Assembly (NCBI GenBank): GCA_964016885.1
Contig: OZ024741.1
Span: 286,936,001 to 287,000,000, forward strand
Reading direction: 5' to 3'
Length of the DNA stretch: 64,000 nucleotides
Source: Eledone cirrhosa
Taxonomy: Eukaryota
Shown here: in pieces, positions 11,086 through 24,693 of the stretch
How the letters are laid out: every line of letters starts with the position of its first letter
How positions within the stretch are numbered: the first letter of the stretch is position 1
Program-made: the position numbers and the translations under genes
The notes under the pieces: generated by a model
Told to the model about the DNA's origin: nothing
The model's input: only the letters and a program-made list of their open reading frames with translations
Database searches by the model: none

Positions 11086-14000
11086 ATGGCCAATATAAGA
11101 GTTGGATGTGTGAACGTACGCGGCCTGGGGATGCCTTGGTAACAGGGCAAACTCTTAAACGACCTCAGGTCGCACAGTATGGATATGGTAGCCATTTGCG
11201 AGTCCAGGATCCACAGCGAGCGACAGCTGGCCCCCATCTTCGATGACTTTGAGATCTACGCATCTCTCTGTCAACCTGGCGGTGGGTTCGGAGTTGCCGT
11301 TTTGCTGCGGAAACACCTGGGCCTCGTAACACAAACGGTACATCTGGACCCGGAGGGTCGGCTGGTGGTCCTAGACGTTGAAGGTAGTGAAGGTGGAGCC
11401 TTCAGGCTGGTGGCCGCATATGCCCCATCCGGGATACCGCGGCCAGACTTCTTCAAACGTCTAGAGACTTTTCTGGGAACATCCCGCTCCTTGCTTTTAG
11501 TGGGGGACTGGAATGGAATCCTAGATGCACGTTGGGACTATGTGGGAGCAAGTCCCGATAAAGGGGGGTGTAACAGCCTCAAACAGTTAATCGACCGATT
11601 TGACCTGGCCGATAGATATCGACTAGATTTTCCGACTGCGCCACTGTGGACGTGGAGCAATCGTAGCGGAACATCTAGATCGTACCTAGATAGGGTTCTA
11701 GTTAGAAATAAGGATAGGGACATGTTAAGCTGCCCACAAATGTTCATGGTTGCCTATTCAGATCACAAACTAGTGACCTGCATGGCCAACCTTGATAGAA
11801 CCCATAGACAAGGACCCGGCTACTGGAAGCTGAACTTGTCGTTACCGACAAGCAAAGCCTACAGTAGACGGATTAGCACTTTAGTTAAACAGCACTTGAT
11901 AGGGGCCATTGTCAACAACAGATGGTGGTACTCTCTCAAGAGGGTAGTTAGATTAGACTCGATAGTTTTTAGTAAAGAATTAGCGTTAGATAGAAATAGA
12001 ACCGAGAAGGAACTGGTAGATAAAGTAGAAGAGTCAATTAGAAGTGGCAACGTAGCCAGGGTGCTAGCAAAGAGAATGGCCTTGGACCAGTTCTTCGACG
12101 CAAAGCACGAGGGCTGCGTTGTCAGAAGCAAAATACGTGCTCTGGGAAACGAGGGAGCCAAAGCTGTTAGCTGGGCCCGAGTGACGGAGGCAAAAAGTGG
12201 CAACAAGTCCACGATTCGGTCTTTGAAGGACCAAAACGGACGCGTGATACGTGAGCCGAAGCAGATGTGTGCGGCCTTTCAGCGGCACTTTGCTCAACTG
12301 TTCGGGCGGGGCGGCGCGCCGGGAGGGGCTATGGATTTCGGTCCATACTTCGACGGCCTACCGCGACTCTCGGACAGCGAGGCAAAGTTCTGCGAAAAGC
12401 CGATTTCAGCCGCTGAGATAGGGGACGCGCTGAGCCAATGCGGCAAACGCAAATCTCCAGGTCTCGACGGTCTACCCTACGAATTTTACGTAGCAATGCC
12501 GGACTTATTCTCCGGTCTCCTGGAAGCGGTCTACTGCAACTGGCAACAGAACGGGAGAATTCCCAGTTCTGTAACCGGGGGCGTGGTCACACTAATCAGG
12601 AAGGACGAGAATAAAGGAGATGACATAGGCAACTTCCGGCCCATAACTCTGCTAAACACAGAGTTACAGATTTTGACCAAGGTGTTGGCAGAGAGGCTGG
12701 CGCTTGTCGTCGAGAACCTGGTGGGAGAAGCGCAGACATGCACAATCCCGACCAGGTCCATACACGACAACCTCCACCTCATGCGATACATCATAGAGAG
12801 GGTAGGGTGTAAACCCGGCTTCGGTGGGGCCCTGATCAACTTGGATCAGTCTAAGGCTTTCGATAAGGTTGACCATCGTTACCTGGATGCGGTGCTCGAG
12901 GCGGCAGGCTTCGGACCCGTGTTCAGGGGCTGGATTACTGCAATGCACAACAGCAACATCTGCTCAAGGGTCAAGGTGAACGGCTACCTCTCGGAGCCGT
13001 TCCATATTACGCGATCCATTCGACAGGGATGCCCTCTCTCCTCCCTTCTGTACGTACTGACTCTCGAGCCACTACTGCGGAAGTTGGAGCTATTGCAGGG
13101 CATCCCTCTGGAACCGGGACTGCGGAAAGCGGCGTCGGCCTACGCCGACGACGTGACAGTAATGGTGTCGAGCGCCTCGCAAATCGAGGAAGTCGCCACC
13201 TTACTGAAGGAATACGAAAGTTTCGCAGGAACGAAGCTGAACCGGGACAAGTCCATCGGTTTGCAACTCGGATCGTGGAGAGGCAAACCGATGCCTTCCG
13301 ATGGCGTCGTCGGACGCTGGACGGAAGGACCGGTAAAGCTGCTCGGGGTCTGGTTTGGTCCGGACCTCCAGGTGGAGAAGAACTGGAACGAAGTGACGGC
13401 CAAGGTGTTTGCACTCACCCAGAAGTGGGCCGAGTGCAAACTATCCTTGAAAGGTCGAGCGGAGGTGGCGAACACTTTTATAGCGTCCGCCATCTACTAC
13501 CGCTTGACCGTCGTGCCTTGTCCAGCCAAAACGCTCGCCAAAATGGAACGCGCGCTCTTCCGATTCCTTTGGAAGAGGCGGGCTCCTTTGGTGAGAAGAT
13601 CCATCTGCTGCCAACACCCTTCTAACGGAGGGCTGGGGATGCCGTGGTTGACGATGCGCAAACACGCGCTCAGGCTGCGGCATCTCTACGTATTCCTCAC
13701 CGGACAACCGGTGTGGGCCCCATTCGTGAGGCGAGCCTTCCCACGACTCGTCTCGCTGACCGAGCTGCAGTCCTGGGTCAAGCAAAGACCGAGGAAAATG
13801 AGCGACTGGCACATCGAATGTGCTCAGGCGCTCACAGCCCTCTGGCAGGCGTACCCGGCGATCAGTGGAGACTCCACTTCGTCATTCTATAGAGGGTTGA
13901 TCCGCAGCAAGTGCGACGACGCGCTCGGTGAAACTCTAGGCGTAGAGGAAGATGAACTGGCCAGTCTGTTCGGTAGGACCTTCCGCCCGGGACCGATGGA

Positions 14001-14523
14001 CAACTTCCAAAAGTCCCTGGCCTGGCAGTGCTACCGAGGAGCTCTACCAGTTCGAGACAAACTCTACAGACATGGACGCCCGGGCAGGGACCCTGCAAAA
14101 AAGATCTGTCCGAGGTGTGTGCGAGACGAAGAAACCGTCGCGCACGCATTCATACACTGCCCGGGCGTCACTGACATGTGAGGCTATGTAGACCGACTAT
14201 TGTCGCGGGTGGGACCAATACAGTTGACCACCGAGTCCATTGTCATGATCAAACCGCCACCCTCCTTCAAAAACGAAGGAGAGGCGGTTTTCCTTTGTGT
14301 GATAGCTATGGCGAAAGAGGTTGTATGGTGGACAAGGTTGAGAGGGCTGAGGTCAGACACCTTTCTCTCCGGCCAACAACTGATTCTTTTTTTCAAATAC
14401 CACTTTGGAAGAAGAATCAGGATGGAGAGAGAGGTGCTGTACTCCAGCAAGTTTTATGAAAGGTGGGTGAAAGTGGCGAGAATGGCCCGAGTGAATGGGC
14501 CTTCTCTCTATATCAGCCTGTAG
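11086..14523 (+). pseudogene. LINE ORF2 (AP endonuclease, reverse transcriptase, C-terminal zinc finger) with two in-frame stops
   Basis: CVNVRGL, GDWN, SYLDRVL, SDH; KSPGLDG, FRPITLLN, QGCPLS, YADD; CPRC..ET..HA..HC; stops TAA 11140-11142 and TGA 14179-14181, otherwise one frame. Confidence 0.95.
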
Positions 14524-14741
14524 GTTGAGGAAAAGGAGGAGGAGAGGAAAGGAGTACAAACTCTTCGTACATTTTTTTTTCGGGGGTATGTGTTACCCAT
14601 ATAAACTGTCTCCCTCTATTGGGGAAAATCGACTAACTTTTTAAATTCCATTTGTGATAACATTTTACACGTTTTTATTGTATGTAAACTTCCCCCTTTG
14701 TATTTGTCCCCTTCCTTTGTGCCCCTGTGGCTAATAAAGAA

Positions 14742-14808
<67 letters not shown>

Positions 14809-17800
14809 GACTTGACGTGCGATAGATCGTCGGTAAGTCTTTGTAAAATTTTCTATACAAAAACAGAATTTATTGTGTGAAAATTTATATTGTTTGATAG
14901 ATTAACACCCAGGCTGAATTGTCAGCTGGGTGGTAATCTCAGTTTTCGCCCCACAGGGGCGGGGAAATTATTTTAGAAATTTTCAAAAATTTTATATTTT
15001 TGCTATCGATAATGGCTAGATTAGTAGAAGCAACGCTACCGAACGCTGACGAAGAAAGTAGAGAGAGAAAGGCAGAGATTAACGTTGCCGCAACTTCTGC
15101 CTACATAGGCGTCACTATGGAGACAAATAGTGACAACAAAGTTTTGTTTTGCCAAGAAGCCGAAAAATGCAACTTACAAGATGGACCACACAGCTTACAA
15201 CAGACATAAAAAAACACAAAAAATGAAACAGACACAACTACAAACGGAAAAACCGACAATCACAACAACAACAACAACAACAACAACAAAATAACTTATA
15301 CAGAAACAGTCACAAATAATAATAACATTACCTCTAACTCCGCATGTATTGGCGTCACCATGGAAACCAATATGGACAACAAAAATAAAAACAAGATCGA
15401 ACCACACATAGTACAACAGACAGAAAAAAACAACAGAAAATAAAACCATTGACACAACTACAAACGGAAAAACCGACAACCACAACAACAACAATAACAA
15501 CAACACCAAAAAACATTTTCGCAAACAGTCATCAAGAAACAAGAGTTCAAGGATCTCGATATCTGCAATGCGAAGACAGATGCTCTCTGAAGCAAAGGAG
15601 TTTATCACTTTCGGTGAAAAATTGTGGATTTCAGATAAACTCAGCCCCAGAAATTCGTCTGGAAATATTTCGAAGGACAATTACCTTCAGAACTGTTTCA
15701 AATGAAACAAAACGACCAGCATTCCTCAGTCAAAGGGAAATTGAGGCAACCTTGAAGGAGATGTTGCCAGACATTGACTTTATGCAGAGGGCCAAACAGT
15801 ACGGGAGTATTTCGGTACTCCTCAAAAGCGAGGCCCTTGCACAAAGATACTCAGTGACGCCAATACTGTCACAAAAATACACCTTTTTCCCTACATACCT
15901 GGGAAAAAGGACACAAAAAATTAGAGTTTCAAACATACCACCAAATATTAATATTTGGTGGATATTGGCAGGATTTTTAGAGGAGAGAAAAGACACCATT
16001 CTCTACTTCAAAAAGTCAACCAGACACCTGGTCTGGTACAAATTTGGAGATTCTGGTACAAATGAGCCCGGAAAGAATCTCCAAAATACCAGAAAAGTGC
16101 TGGTGGACAACAACAGCCACATAAACATTTCGGTGGAGGGATGAAAATGACATTGCTTTCGTTGCAATAGCACCACACACCTAAAGGCTTCCTGCCCTTT
16201 ACAAACACGCTCAACCAAAACAATACAAAAGAAAACACTGTTACCAACACCAACACCAAAACCACCACCACCACAAAAACAACAACTCACGAAACAAGCA
16301 AACACACCAAAACAAACAGCCACTCAACCAACAACAACAGAAAAAACACAGACAACACCCCCGAAGAACACATCCCAACCCCATCCCACTCCATCAAACA
16401 CTACCACAAACACACACACCGAAACACCACCACCACCACACAACATACCCCTACCCCACCCTCCTGACAATGATTATTCAACAACAGATGAGGCTGCTTC
16501 TCCTTCTTTGAGTGAAGAAGAAGGAGAGCCTCGGAAATCTAAAAAAACAAAAAAAGAGACACCACAAAACCCCCAAAACTCCAATCACCAACACACAACC
16601 ACAGACACAAATAACAACACAAACAACACCACAGTCAAACACCCCCCTACCAGCAAAACCAACACCAACACCACCCCAAACACAAGCACCCACCATAAAA
16701 AGAAAACTCCCGGACAAACAACAAACTAAAACAGCAAAAACACAAACAACAATACGCATACATCAACACAAACAACAAGAGTTTGATGGAGGTCATCTCC
16801 CAAAACCCCAAGGTGGAGACGGAGGGCAAAACTTTCATCAAAGTAGAATCGTCTCCACACCTTAAACTTATAAGGGTTTCTATGGAGACCTATAGTGACC
16901 CGAAAAATAAATTTTCGCAGGACGTGGGTAACCCCTGCCAGAAACCCATCAACCGCGTCCTGTTAAAATATTTCCCCACCCCATCCAACACCCCATCCAG
17001 CACCCAAATGGAGATTGAACAACCCGATCTCCAGGAATCAAAAAGGTAAGTGCACCTTTTCGTCCTTTTTCTCCAACTCTTCTTCACCAACATGGCTAGT
17101 TTACAAGTTGGAAGCGTGAATGTGCGTGGCCTAGGGATGCCCTGGAAACAGGGCCAACTTTTAAACGACTTTAGGTCACACGGTATGGATGTGATAGCCA
17201 TCACTGAGTCCAGGATCCACAACAGGTAGCAACTAACCCCCATCTTCGACGATTTTGAGATCTACGCATCTCTCTGTCAGCCAGGAGGTGGAGAGATCCG
17301 TCTGCTGTCAGCACCCTTCCAACGGAGGGCTGGGAATGCCGTGGCTGATGATGCGCAAACATGCGCTGCAGCTGCAGCATCTCCAGGTATTCCTCACCGA
17401 TCCCAACCGGTGTGACACCGTTTGTGAGCCAGGCTTTCCCACAGCTCGTCTCGCTTACGGAGCTGCAGTCCTGGGTGAAGAAAAGACCGAAAACGCTGGG
17501 CACCTGGCACATTGAATGCGCTCAGGCGCTCACAGTCCTCTGGCAAGTGGGCAGGGCACAGCAATCAGTGGAGACTCCACTTCGACATTCTATAGAGGGA
17601 TTGTATGTTACAAGGGCGAGGACGTGCTCGGAGAGACTCTGGGCGTCGAAGACGATGAGCTCACCAGTCTGTCTGGTAGAACTATCCGCCCGGGACCTAT
17701 GGACAACTTCCAGAAGTCCCTGGCCTGGCAGTGCTACCGAGGAGCTCTACCGGTTCGTGACAAGATCTACAGGCACGGACGCCCCGTCAGGGATCCTTCC

Positions 17801-18455
17801 AAGAGGACGTGTCCAAGATGCGCGCAGGACATTGAAATCGTCCTGCACGCAATTGTACACTGCCCGGGTGTAACCGACCTGTGGAACTATGCAGAACAAC
17901 TACTGTCGCGTATGGGAAAAATCCAGTTGACTGCCGAGTCCACTGGATCAAACCGCTAGCCTCTTTCAAAAACGAAAGTGAGGCGGTTTTCCTGTGTACA
18001 GTGGCTATGGTGAAAGAAGTTATCTGGTGGACGAGATTGAGAAGACTGAGGACAGATTCCTTTCTCTCCGGACAACAATTGATTCCCTTCTTTAAGTATC
18101 ACTTTAGAAGGAGAATCAGGGTGGAGAGAGAGGCACTGCACCCCAGTAAATTTACTGAAAGGTGGGTGAATGAAGCGAAAATGGCCCGAGTGATTGGGCC
18201 TTCTCTGTTTATAAGCCTGTAGGTTGAAGAAGAGAGCAAAAGGAAGAAAGAAGCACTTGCACAACACGCTCCTGGAGTTGAGGGTTGTTCTATCGACGGG
18301 GTATTAAACAACTCATTTGTAGCGCTTCCCCCTATTGGGGATTTCGATTGTTGTAATTGTTTGTTTTTATATTTTTTACACGACTGTATGTAAAATCCCC
18401 GGCATGTCTTTGTATCGTCCCCTTTTCTTGTGCACCCTTGTGGCAAATAAAGAAA
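14809..18455 (+). mobile_element. Tx1-like LINE copy 2 (different subfamily): decayed ORF1 15012-17049, ORF2 17092-18222 lacking most of the endonuclease and all of the RT
   Basis: Endonuclease start joined at ~17293 to post-RT RSVCCQHP; AATAAAGAAA then (TCTA)n. Confidence 0.9.
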
Positions 18456-18477
18456 TCTGTCTATCTATCTATCTATC

Positions 18478-19758
18478 ATAGCGTCCGTCATCTACTACCG
18501 CTTGACTGTCGTGCCTTGTCCCCGTGAACACCTCGCCAAGATAGAACGCATGCTCTTCCAGTTTCTGTGGAAGAAGCAGGCTCCGCTGGTGAGGAGATCC
18601 GTCTGCTGTCAGCACCCTTCCAACGGAGGGCTGGGAATGCCGTGGCTGATCATGCGCAAACATGCGCTGAGGCTGCGGCATCTCCAGGTATTCCTCACCG
18701 ACCCTCAACCGGTGTGGGCACCGTTTGTGAGACAGGCTTTCCCACAGCTCGTCTCGCTGACGGAGCTGCAGTCCTGGGTGAAGAAAAGACCGAAAACGCT
18801 GGGCGCCTGGCACATTGAATGCGCTCAGGCGCTCACAGTCCTCTGGCAAGCGGGCGCAGCAATCAGTGGAGACTCCACTTGGACATTCTATAGAGGGATT
18901 GTACTTTACAAGAGCGACGACGTGCTCGGAGAGACTCTGGGCGTCAAAGACGATGAGCTCACCAGTCTGTTTGATAGGACTTTCCGCCCGGGACCTATGG
19001 CCAACTTCCAGAGGTCCCTGGCCTGGCAGTGCTACCGAGGAGCTCTACCGGTTCGTGACAAGATCTACAGGCACGGACGCCCCGGCATGGATCCTTCCAA
19101 GAGGACGTGTCCAAGATGCGCGCAGGACATTGAAACAGTCCTGCACGCAATTGTACACTTCCCGGGCGTAACCGACCTGTGGAACTATGCAGAACAACTG
19201 CTGTCGCGTATGGGACAAATCCAGTTGACTGCCGAGTCCATAGTAAGGATCAAACCGCCAGCCTCTTTCAAAAACGAAAGAGAGGCGGTTTTCCTCTGTT
19301 CGGTGGCTATGGTGAAAGAAGTTATATAGTGGACGAGGTTGAGAGGACTGAGGACAGAAGCTTTTCTCTCCGGACAACAATTGATTCCCTTCTTTAAGTA
19401 TCACTTTAGAAGGAGAATCAGGGTGGAGAGAGAGGCATTGCACCCCAATAAATTTACTGAAAGGTGGGTGAATGAAGCGAAAATGGCCCGAGTGATTGGG
19501 CCTTCTCTGTTTATAAGCCTGTAGGTTGAGGAAGAGAGCAAAAGGAAGAAAGGAGCACTTACACAACACGCTCCTGGAGTTGAGGGTTGTTCTATCGACG
19601 GGGTATTAAACAACCCATTTGTGGCGCTTCCCCCCTATTGGGGATTTCGATTGTTGTAATTGTTTGTTTTTATATTTTTTACACGACTGTATGTAAAATC
19701 CCCGGCATGTCTTTGTATTGTCCCCTTTTCTTGTGCGCCCTTGTGGCTAATAAAGAAA
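18478..19758 (+). mobile_element. 5'-truncated Tx1-like LINE copy 3 (ORF2 C-terminus and 3'UTR)
   Basis: Starts at IASVIYYRL right after (TCTA)n; highly similar to the 3' end of copy 2; followed by (TCTA)n to ~19840. Confidence 0.92.
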
Positions 19759-19775
19759 TATATCTATCCATAGAA

Positions 19776-19830
<55 letters not shown>

Positions 19831-20142
19831 CTTATCTATCCATTCCTCTCTCTTTCTCCCTCTCTCTTTATTCATCTATCTATCACTCTCTCTCTCTCTT
19901 TCTCTCGCCCTCTCACTCTATATACCCAACTATTTCTCTATCTATCTGTCTATCGATCTATCTATCTCTTTGGATTCTCCGTCTGTTTCCATTCAGTCGT
20001 TCCACCAACTGAGTACCTACTGAGTATTCGCAGGCCAAATCAGTGTGGTATTATGTGACAATGTGTAGACCTGACTAAGTTGTTTGAGTGTCGGATAGAA
20101 TCACTGCGTTCTCAGTTCAAATCCAGGTCATGTCAAATTTGA

Positions 20143-20910
20143 CCTTCTTCTTCTTCTTCTTCTTCTTCTTCTTCTTCTTCTTCTTCTTCTTCTTCTTCTT
20201 CTTCTTCTTCTTCTTCTTCTTCTTCTTCTTCTTCTTCTTCTTCTTCTTCTTCTTCTTCTTCTTCTTCGCCCACTTATTCCGGAGAGGGACGTGAGGGCAG
20301 AGTCCTCAAACACTCTTTCCAGCGGGTCCTGTCAGAAGCCACCGTCTCCAACTGATCCGGCTGGATCCCCAAGCAAGATAAGCCAAGTTCATGGATGTTA
20401 TCCAACCATCTTGCTCGGGGTCTGTCCCTGGGTCTTCTGCTGGTTGGGTTGGCCGTAAAATCTGTCCAGCGATTCTTTCCTGAGACATTCTAACCACATG
20501 CACAAAGTATCGGACCTGTGATCTCTCAATTCGGAGAAATAGCAGCTCTACGTGGAGTAACTCTCTGATCTCCGAGTTATGCACTCTATCGAATAACGTT
20601 ACTCCAAAGACTCTTCGAAGTAACCCCATTTTGGCCTCTTGTATTCGCGATTGTTCTTTCGGTTATTACCTAAGATCCATGACTATACTGAATTGACCAC
20701 ATCGAATTGAAGATAGGAAGTTTGGCTTTTACACCTACCGCCCTTCTTCTGGTTACTGAATGCTGAAGCTGGTGTATTACTCCACCAGCTTCTGAATTGT
20801 TGCACTTAATTCAGCTTCCTGCCTTCCATCACTCATAAACACGACCCAGAGAAACTTGAACTTCTCTACCTACTTCAATGGAACTCCTCCATTTATATGT
20901 AGACATTCTT
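20143..20910 (-). mobile_element. RTE-clade LINE 3' fragment with (AAG)n tail
   Basis: VEKFKFLG and LRRVFGVTLFDRVHNSEIRE...RYFVHVVRM motifs; ~40 TTC units at 20143-20267 on the plus strand. Confidence 0.8.
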
Positions 20911-21239
20911 TCGGAGTCGATATATAAAATACCAGACTGCTACTGGAGTCAATTCGTTTCTTTTTTCTTCTTTCTCTTTTTTTCTCTTGAAATATCTCTC
21001 ATTCTGTAGACGAAGTCTTGAGTGGTCAGACCTGAATAGAGAAGAACTCCACTAGCTTTAGATACCCAAGAGAGGCCATGTGTCACAAAAGTGGATCGGG
21101 ACTTTTGAGCCACAACAAAGCAAGGCAAGGTAAAACAAAGCGTTGGATCTTTGAATTACAGGTAAAATCTAAAGAAAAAGAGACAGAAAGAAAAAACAGC
21201 TAAGAAAAAGAGATCGAGGAACATACCACCTAATATTGG

Positions 21240-22389
21240 ACTAGTATTTTATCGGCCACAAAAGTTGACCTCGGTGGGATTTGAACTAAAAGTTCAAAGA
21301 ACCGGAGCAAATACCGCAAGGTATTCTACCCGATACTTTAACGATTCAGTTAATTTGCTACACTTTTGTTTTGTATGAGCGTTTTTGGTGTCAAAGAAAC
21401 TATAACAATATAGCTTCTGATTTAGGCACAAGGCCAACAATTTGGGAGAGGGGAAAGTTGATTAAATCGACCCCATTGTGTTACTGGTACTTTAATTTAT
21501 CGACCCCATAAGGATGAAAGACAAAGTTAACTTTGGCGTGATTTGAACTCATAACGTAAAGGGACATAACTCTAATCCTGCAAAGCATGGTGTTCGACGC
21601 CCTACCGATACTGCCAATCCATAGAAACTTTACAATACTGATAACGATAATTATTTAATATATATAAATAATTAATTAATTAGTAGAAATATTTGCAACC
21701 CGATTTATTTAATGTGTAATGAAGATGTGTTTTCTTTTTTTATTAATTGATATCAATTAAGAATTAATAAAATGTAATCCAAAAATTATTTCTCTGATCT
21801 TTCTCCCATAAGTACAAGAATTTGCACTGAATGATCAACATCAGGTTGATTGTATAAACATATCACTAATGGTTGTTATAGTCGTAACACACACACACAT
21901 ACCACACACGCACACTTACATACTTATACACACACACACACATATATATACATATATATAGTACCAAAATTATATTAAGGATGTCATGTCTGAGAGTATC
22001 AAAATCATGCGCCATACCACCTGCGGAATAGGCTCAAAGATTCCAAGTAGTAAATCCGAGAACTTATATCAAATTAAAAGTAGGATGACATATATGTATA
22101 TTTAAAATAAATACATCAAATAATTACAAGGAATAATTTGTAAAGAGTGTAAACACACATAGTTAACCTCAACGGGATTTGAACTCAGACCGTAAAGGGA
22201 CGTAACTATGCTAGAAAGCATGGCGTCCGACCCTCTACCGATACTCCCAATTCACCGATGATACCTTGCAATAATTGTTTCTACTTTTGGCACAAGGCAA
22301 GCAATTACCCAGTGCATTACTGGTACTTTATTTGATCGACTCCGTAAGGATGAAAGGCAAAGTTAACCTCGGCGGGATTTGAACTCAGT
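21240..22389 (-). mobile_element. Cluster of four decayed SINE copies (~21240-21362, 21411-21620, 22161-22255, 22275-22389)
   Basis: aaagtt(g/a)acctcggcgggatttgaactc core in reverse orientation. Confidence 0.75.
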
Positions 22390-22618
22390 GCAATAATGAT
22401 TACTATTTACGGCTCCTATGTTCTTTAGTAGAGCTTTTTATGTTGAAAGGATTCGGCTGTTATTTCTAGCTGTCGATAACCCTATGATTCACTGATTAAT
22501 GGTGAAATATATTTCTTCAATGGAATATATACAAAGGAATATATACAAAGGAGGTTAATCATTATTGCACAACCTTAAATACATATATATACACAAATAC
22601 ATACACACATATATACAT

Positions 22619-22701
<83 letters not shown>

Positions 22702-22708
<7 letters not shown>

Positions 22709-23395
22709 GACGTAAAATAAGAAAATTAAAAAAAAAAAAAAAATTTTAAATTAACTTACTTACTAAAATTTTCACTCCAACTAATTAGTTTCTGTAATGG
22801 GATAAAGATAGTTACGTAATATAACCATCGAGAATTCATTACGTCATCAGGGAGTCTATTCTCAGCTAAGTCTCCAGGCAATGCGCGGACATTAGGGACT
22901 CATATAAAAATAATAATAATTCGGTGGAAGGAACAGCTAGCGGGGACTGGATTCCATGCACTGAAAAAGTTCGCTGCCTCTGGTCAAATGGCAGATTCTA
23001 AAGAATCAATCACGTGACACTGAGGCTAGTCGGAAGGAGTGGGTTGGTAAGATGACAGAAGCCTACTACCACACCAATGAATTAGTAGCGGATTTGGCAG
23101 GTTTGCTCAACAAATAAATAATTTGGAGATAAATACAGAAAATTAGTATATCTACCAACATATGCGTACAGATGTACACTAATGCTAGCAAATACATAAG
23201 TTATGTCATAGTACCTAGGTGGTTCAATATAGGAGGATGCAGAACAATAATATGAAAGACGTAAAATAAGAAAATAAAAAAAAAAAAATAAAAATTAACT
23301 TACTTGAACCACCTAGGTACTATGACATAACTTATGTATTTGCTAGCATTAGTGTACATCTGTACGCATATGTTGGTAGATATACTAATTTTCTG

Positions 23396-23396
<1 letters not shown>
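22702..23396 (-). mobile_element. PLE pseudo-LTR remnant with direct and inverted duplications
   Basis: 22702-22761 repeated directly at 23251-23305; 23132-23227 inverted at 23304-23398; contains a hammerhead; flanked by (TA)n. Confidence 0.7.
22774..22855 (-). ncRNA. Type I hammerhead ribozyme, extended stem II, GUU site
   Basis: actcc CTGATGA c-gtaatg...cattac-a GAAA ctaattag TT ggagt. Confidence 0.85.
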
Positions 23397-23430
<34 letters not shown>

Positions 23431-24049
23431 GCACACACATACATACAAAATACACATACGTACACAAAATTACATACAGATACATACACACACATATATA
23501 TATATATAAAACCTACATGCATACGCACACCCACAAATATACATACATATATACATGCAGACATATATACATCTACATATACATACGCACACGGACGGCC
23601 ACATGCACATATGCATATTTGCTTACACACACATGTTTCCACATTTACATATATAAACAAAACCGTAAAATAAAAATACATTATATAATAAAAAACACAA
23701 TATACTATAAAATAACGGTAAAATAACATAACATAAAATATCAATATAGTATACAATATAATATATCTATCTATCTATATATACATGCACACACATTCAT
23801 ACATACATATACGGATATATACAATGGATATATGATACAATAATAAAAATAATAGTAATAAAATGTATATATAATCTATATATAATCCATCCGTACACAT
23901 TCCTGTGAGATGTACACAAACATATACATGTATACACAAATACACATACACATATATAGAGGCCCACATATGCATACACCCGCACCCACATATATATATA
24001 CATACGCGCCCCCATACACACACATACTCATACGTAGCTATACGTACAT

Positions 24050-24080
<31 letters not shown>

Positions 24081-24693
24081 CACACACTCAGCCACATACG
24101 TACATACATGTACATGCATGCACACACACACGCGCTCATAAGCTCATGCATATACGTACACATGCACATATACACACCCCCATACACACCCACGTATATA
24201 TATATATATATCTACATACACACACACATATATAAACACACCAGGATAATAAAATAAAATAAATAAATTTACAATATTTTAGAATACATTAAAATCTGTA
24301 TATAACTTCACAAATAGATACATAAAAAAGGGGTAAATAAAAACGGAGGGGGGGGGGGGGGGGGGGTACAGGAGAAGTTGCGTGTATCCATGTGATATAC
24401 TACACACAAGTAGTATGAGGTGCAAACTTAGGTCCGTATATAGAACCAGTAACAATAACAAAACAATAATGACAGTAATAATCATTGTTCCAAAGTGGAA
24501 CATGTGGGGAGTATATAGTCACGATTGACGGGGTACACATTCAAGGGGATGCCTGGCCCGGTCACCATGGGGCATGGCACCGTGGCTGGGGTGTGCTGTT
24601 CTATATGTTTGGGGTATCGGACCGGGCGACCGTGGGCCCCGTGTTAGCCGGTCCCAGCCTAGGCGATGTATCTGCCCAATGTTGCGTGCTCGG

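Larger units (their letters stand above)
8921..14742 (+). mobile_element. Full-length L1-group/Tx1-like non-LTR retrotransposon, copy 1 (~5.8 kb)
   Basis: 5'UTR, ORF1 with CCHC knuckle, ORF2 APE-RT-CCHC, AATAAA at 14733-14738, flanked by (TCTA)n on both sides. Confidence 0.93.

Noticed and set aside
14179-14181. TGA read-through in LINE ORF2
   Set aside because: Other copies have TGG, so it is an ordinary nonsense mutation
17281-17300. Copy 2 ORF2 deletion as a spliced, retrotransposed product
   Set aside because: Breakpoint is ~245 nt from the conserved donor and shows gag microhomology, so deletion or template jump is more likely
21010-21129. Exon-like segment with AG/GT boundaries; similar one at 57790-57899 minus
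   Set aside because: Stops in all three frames
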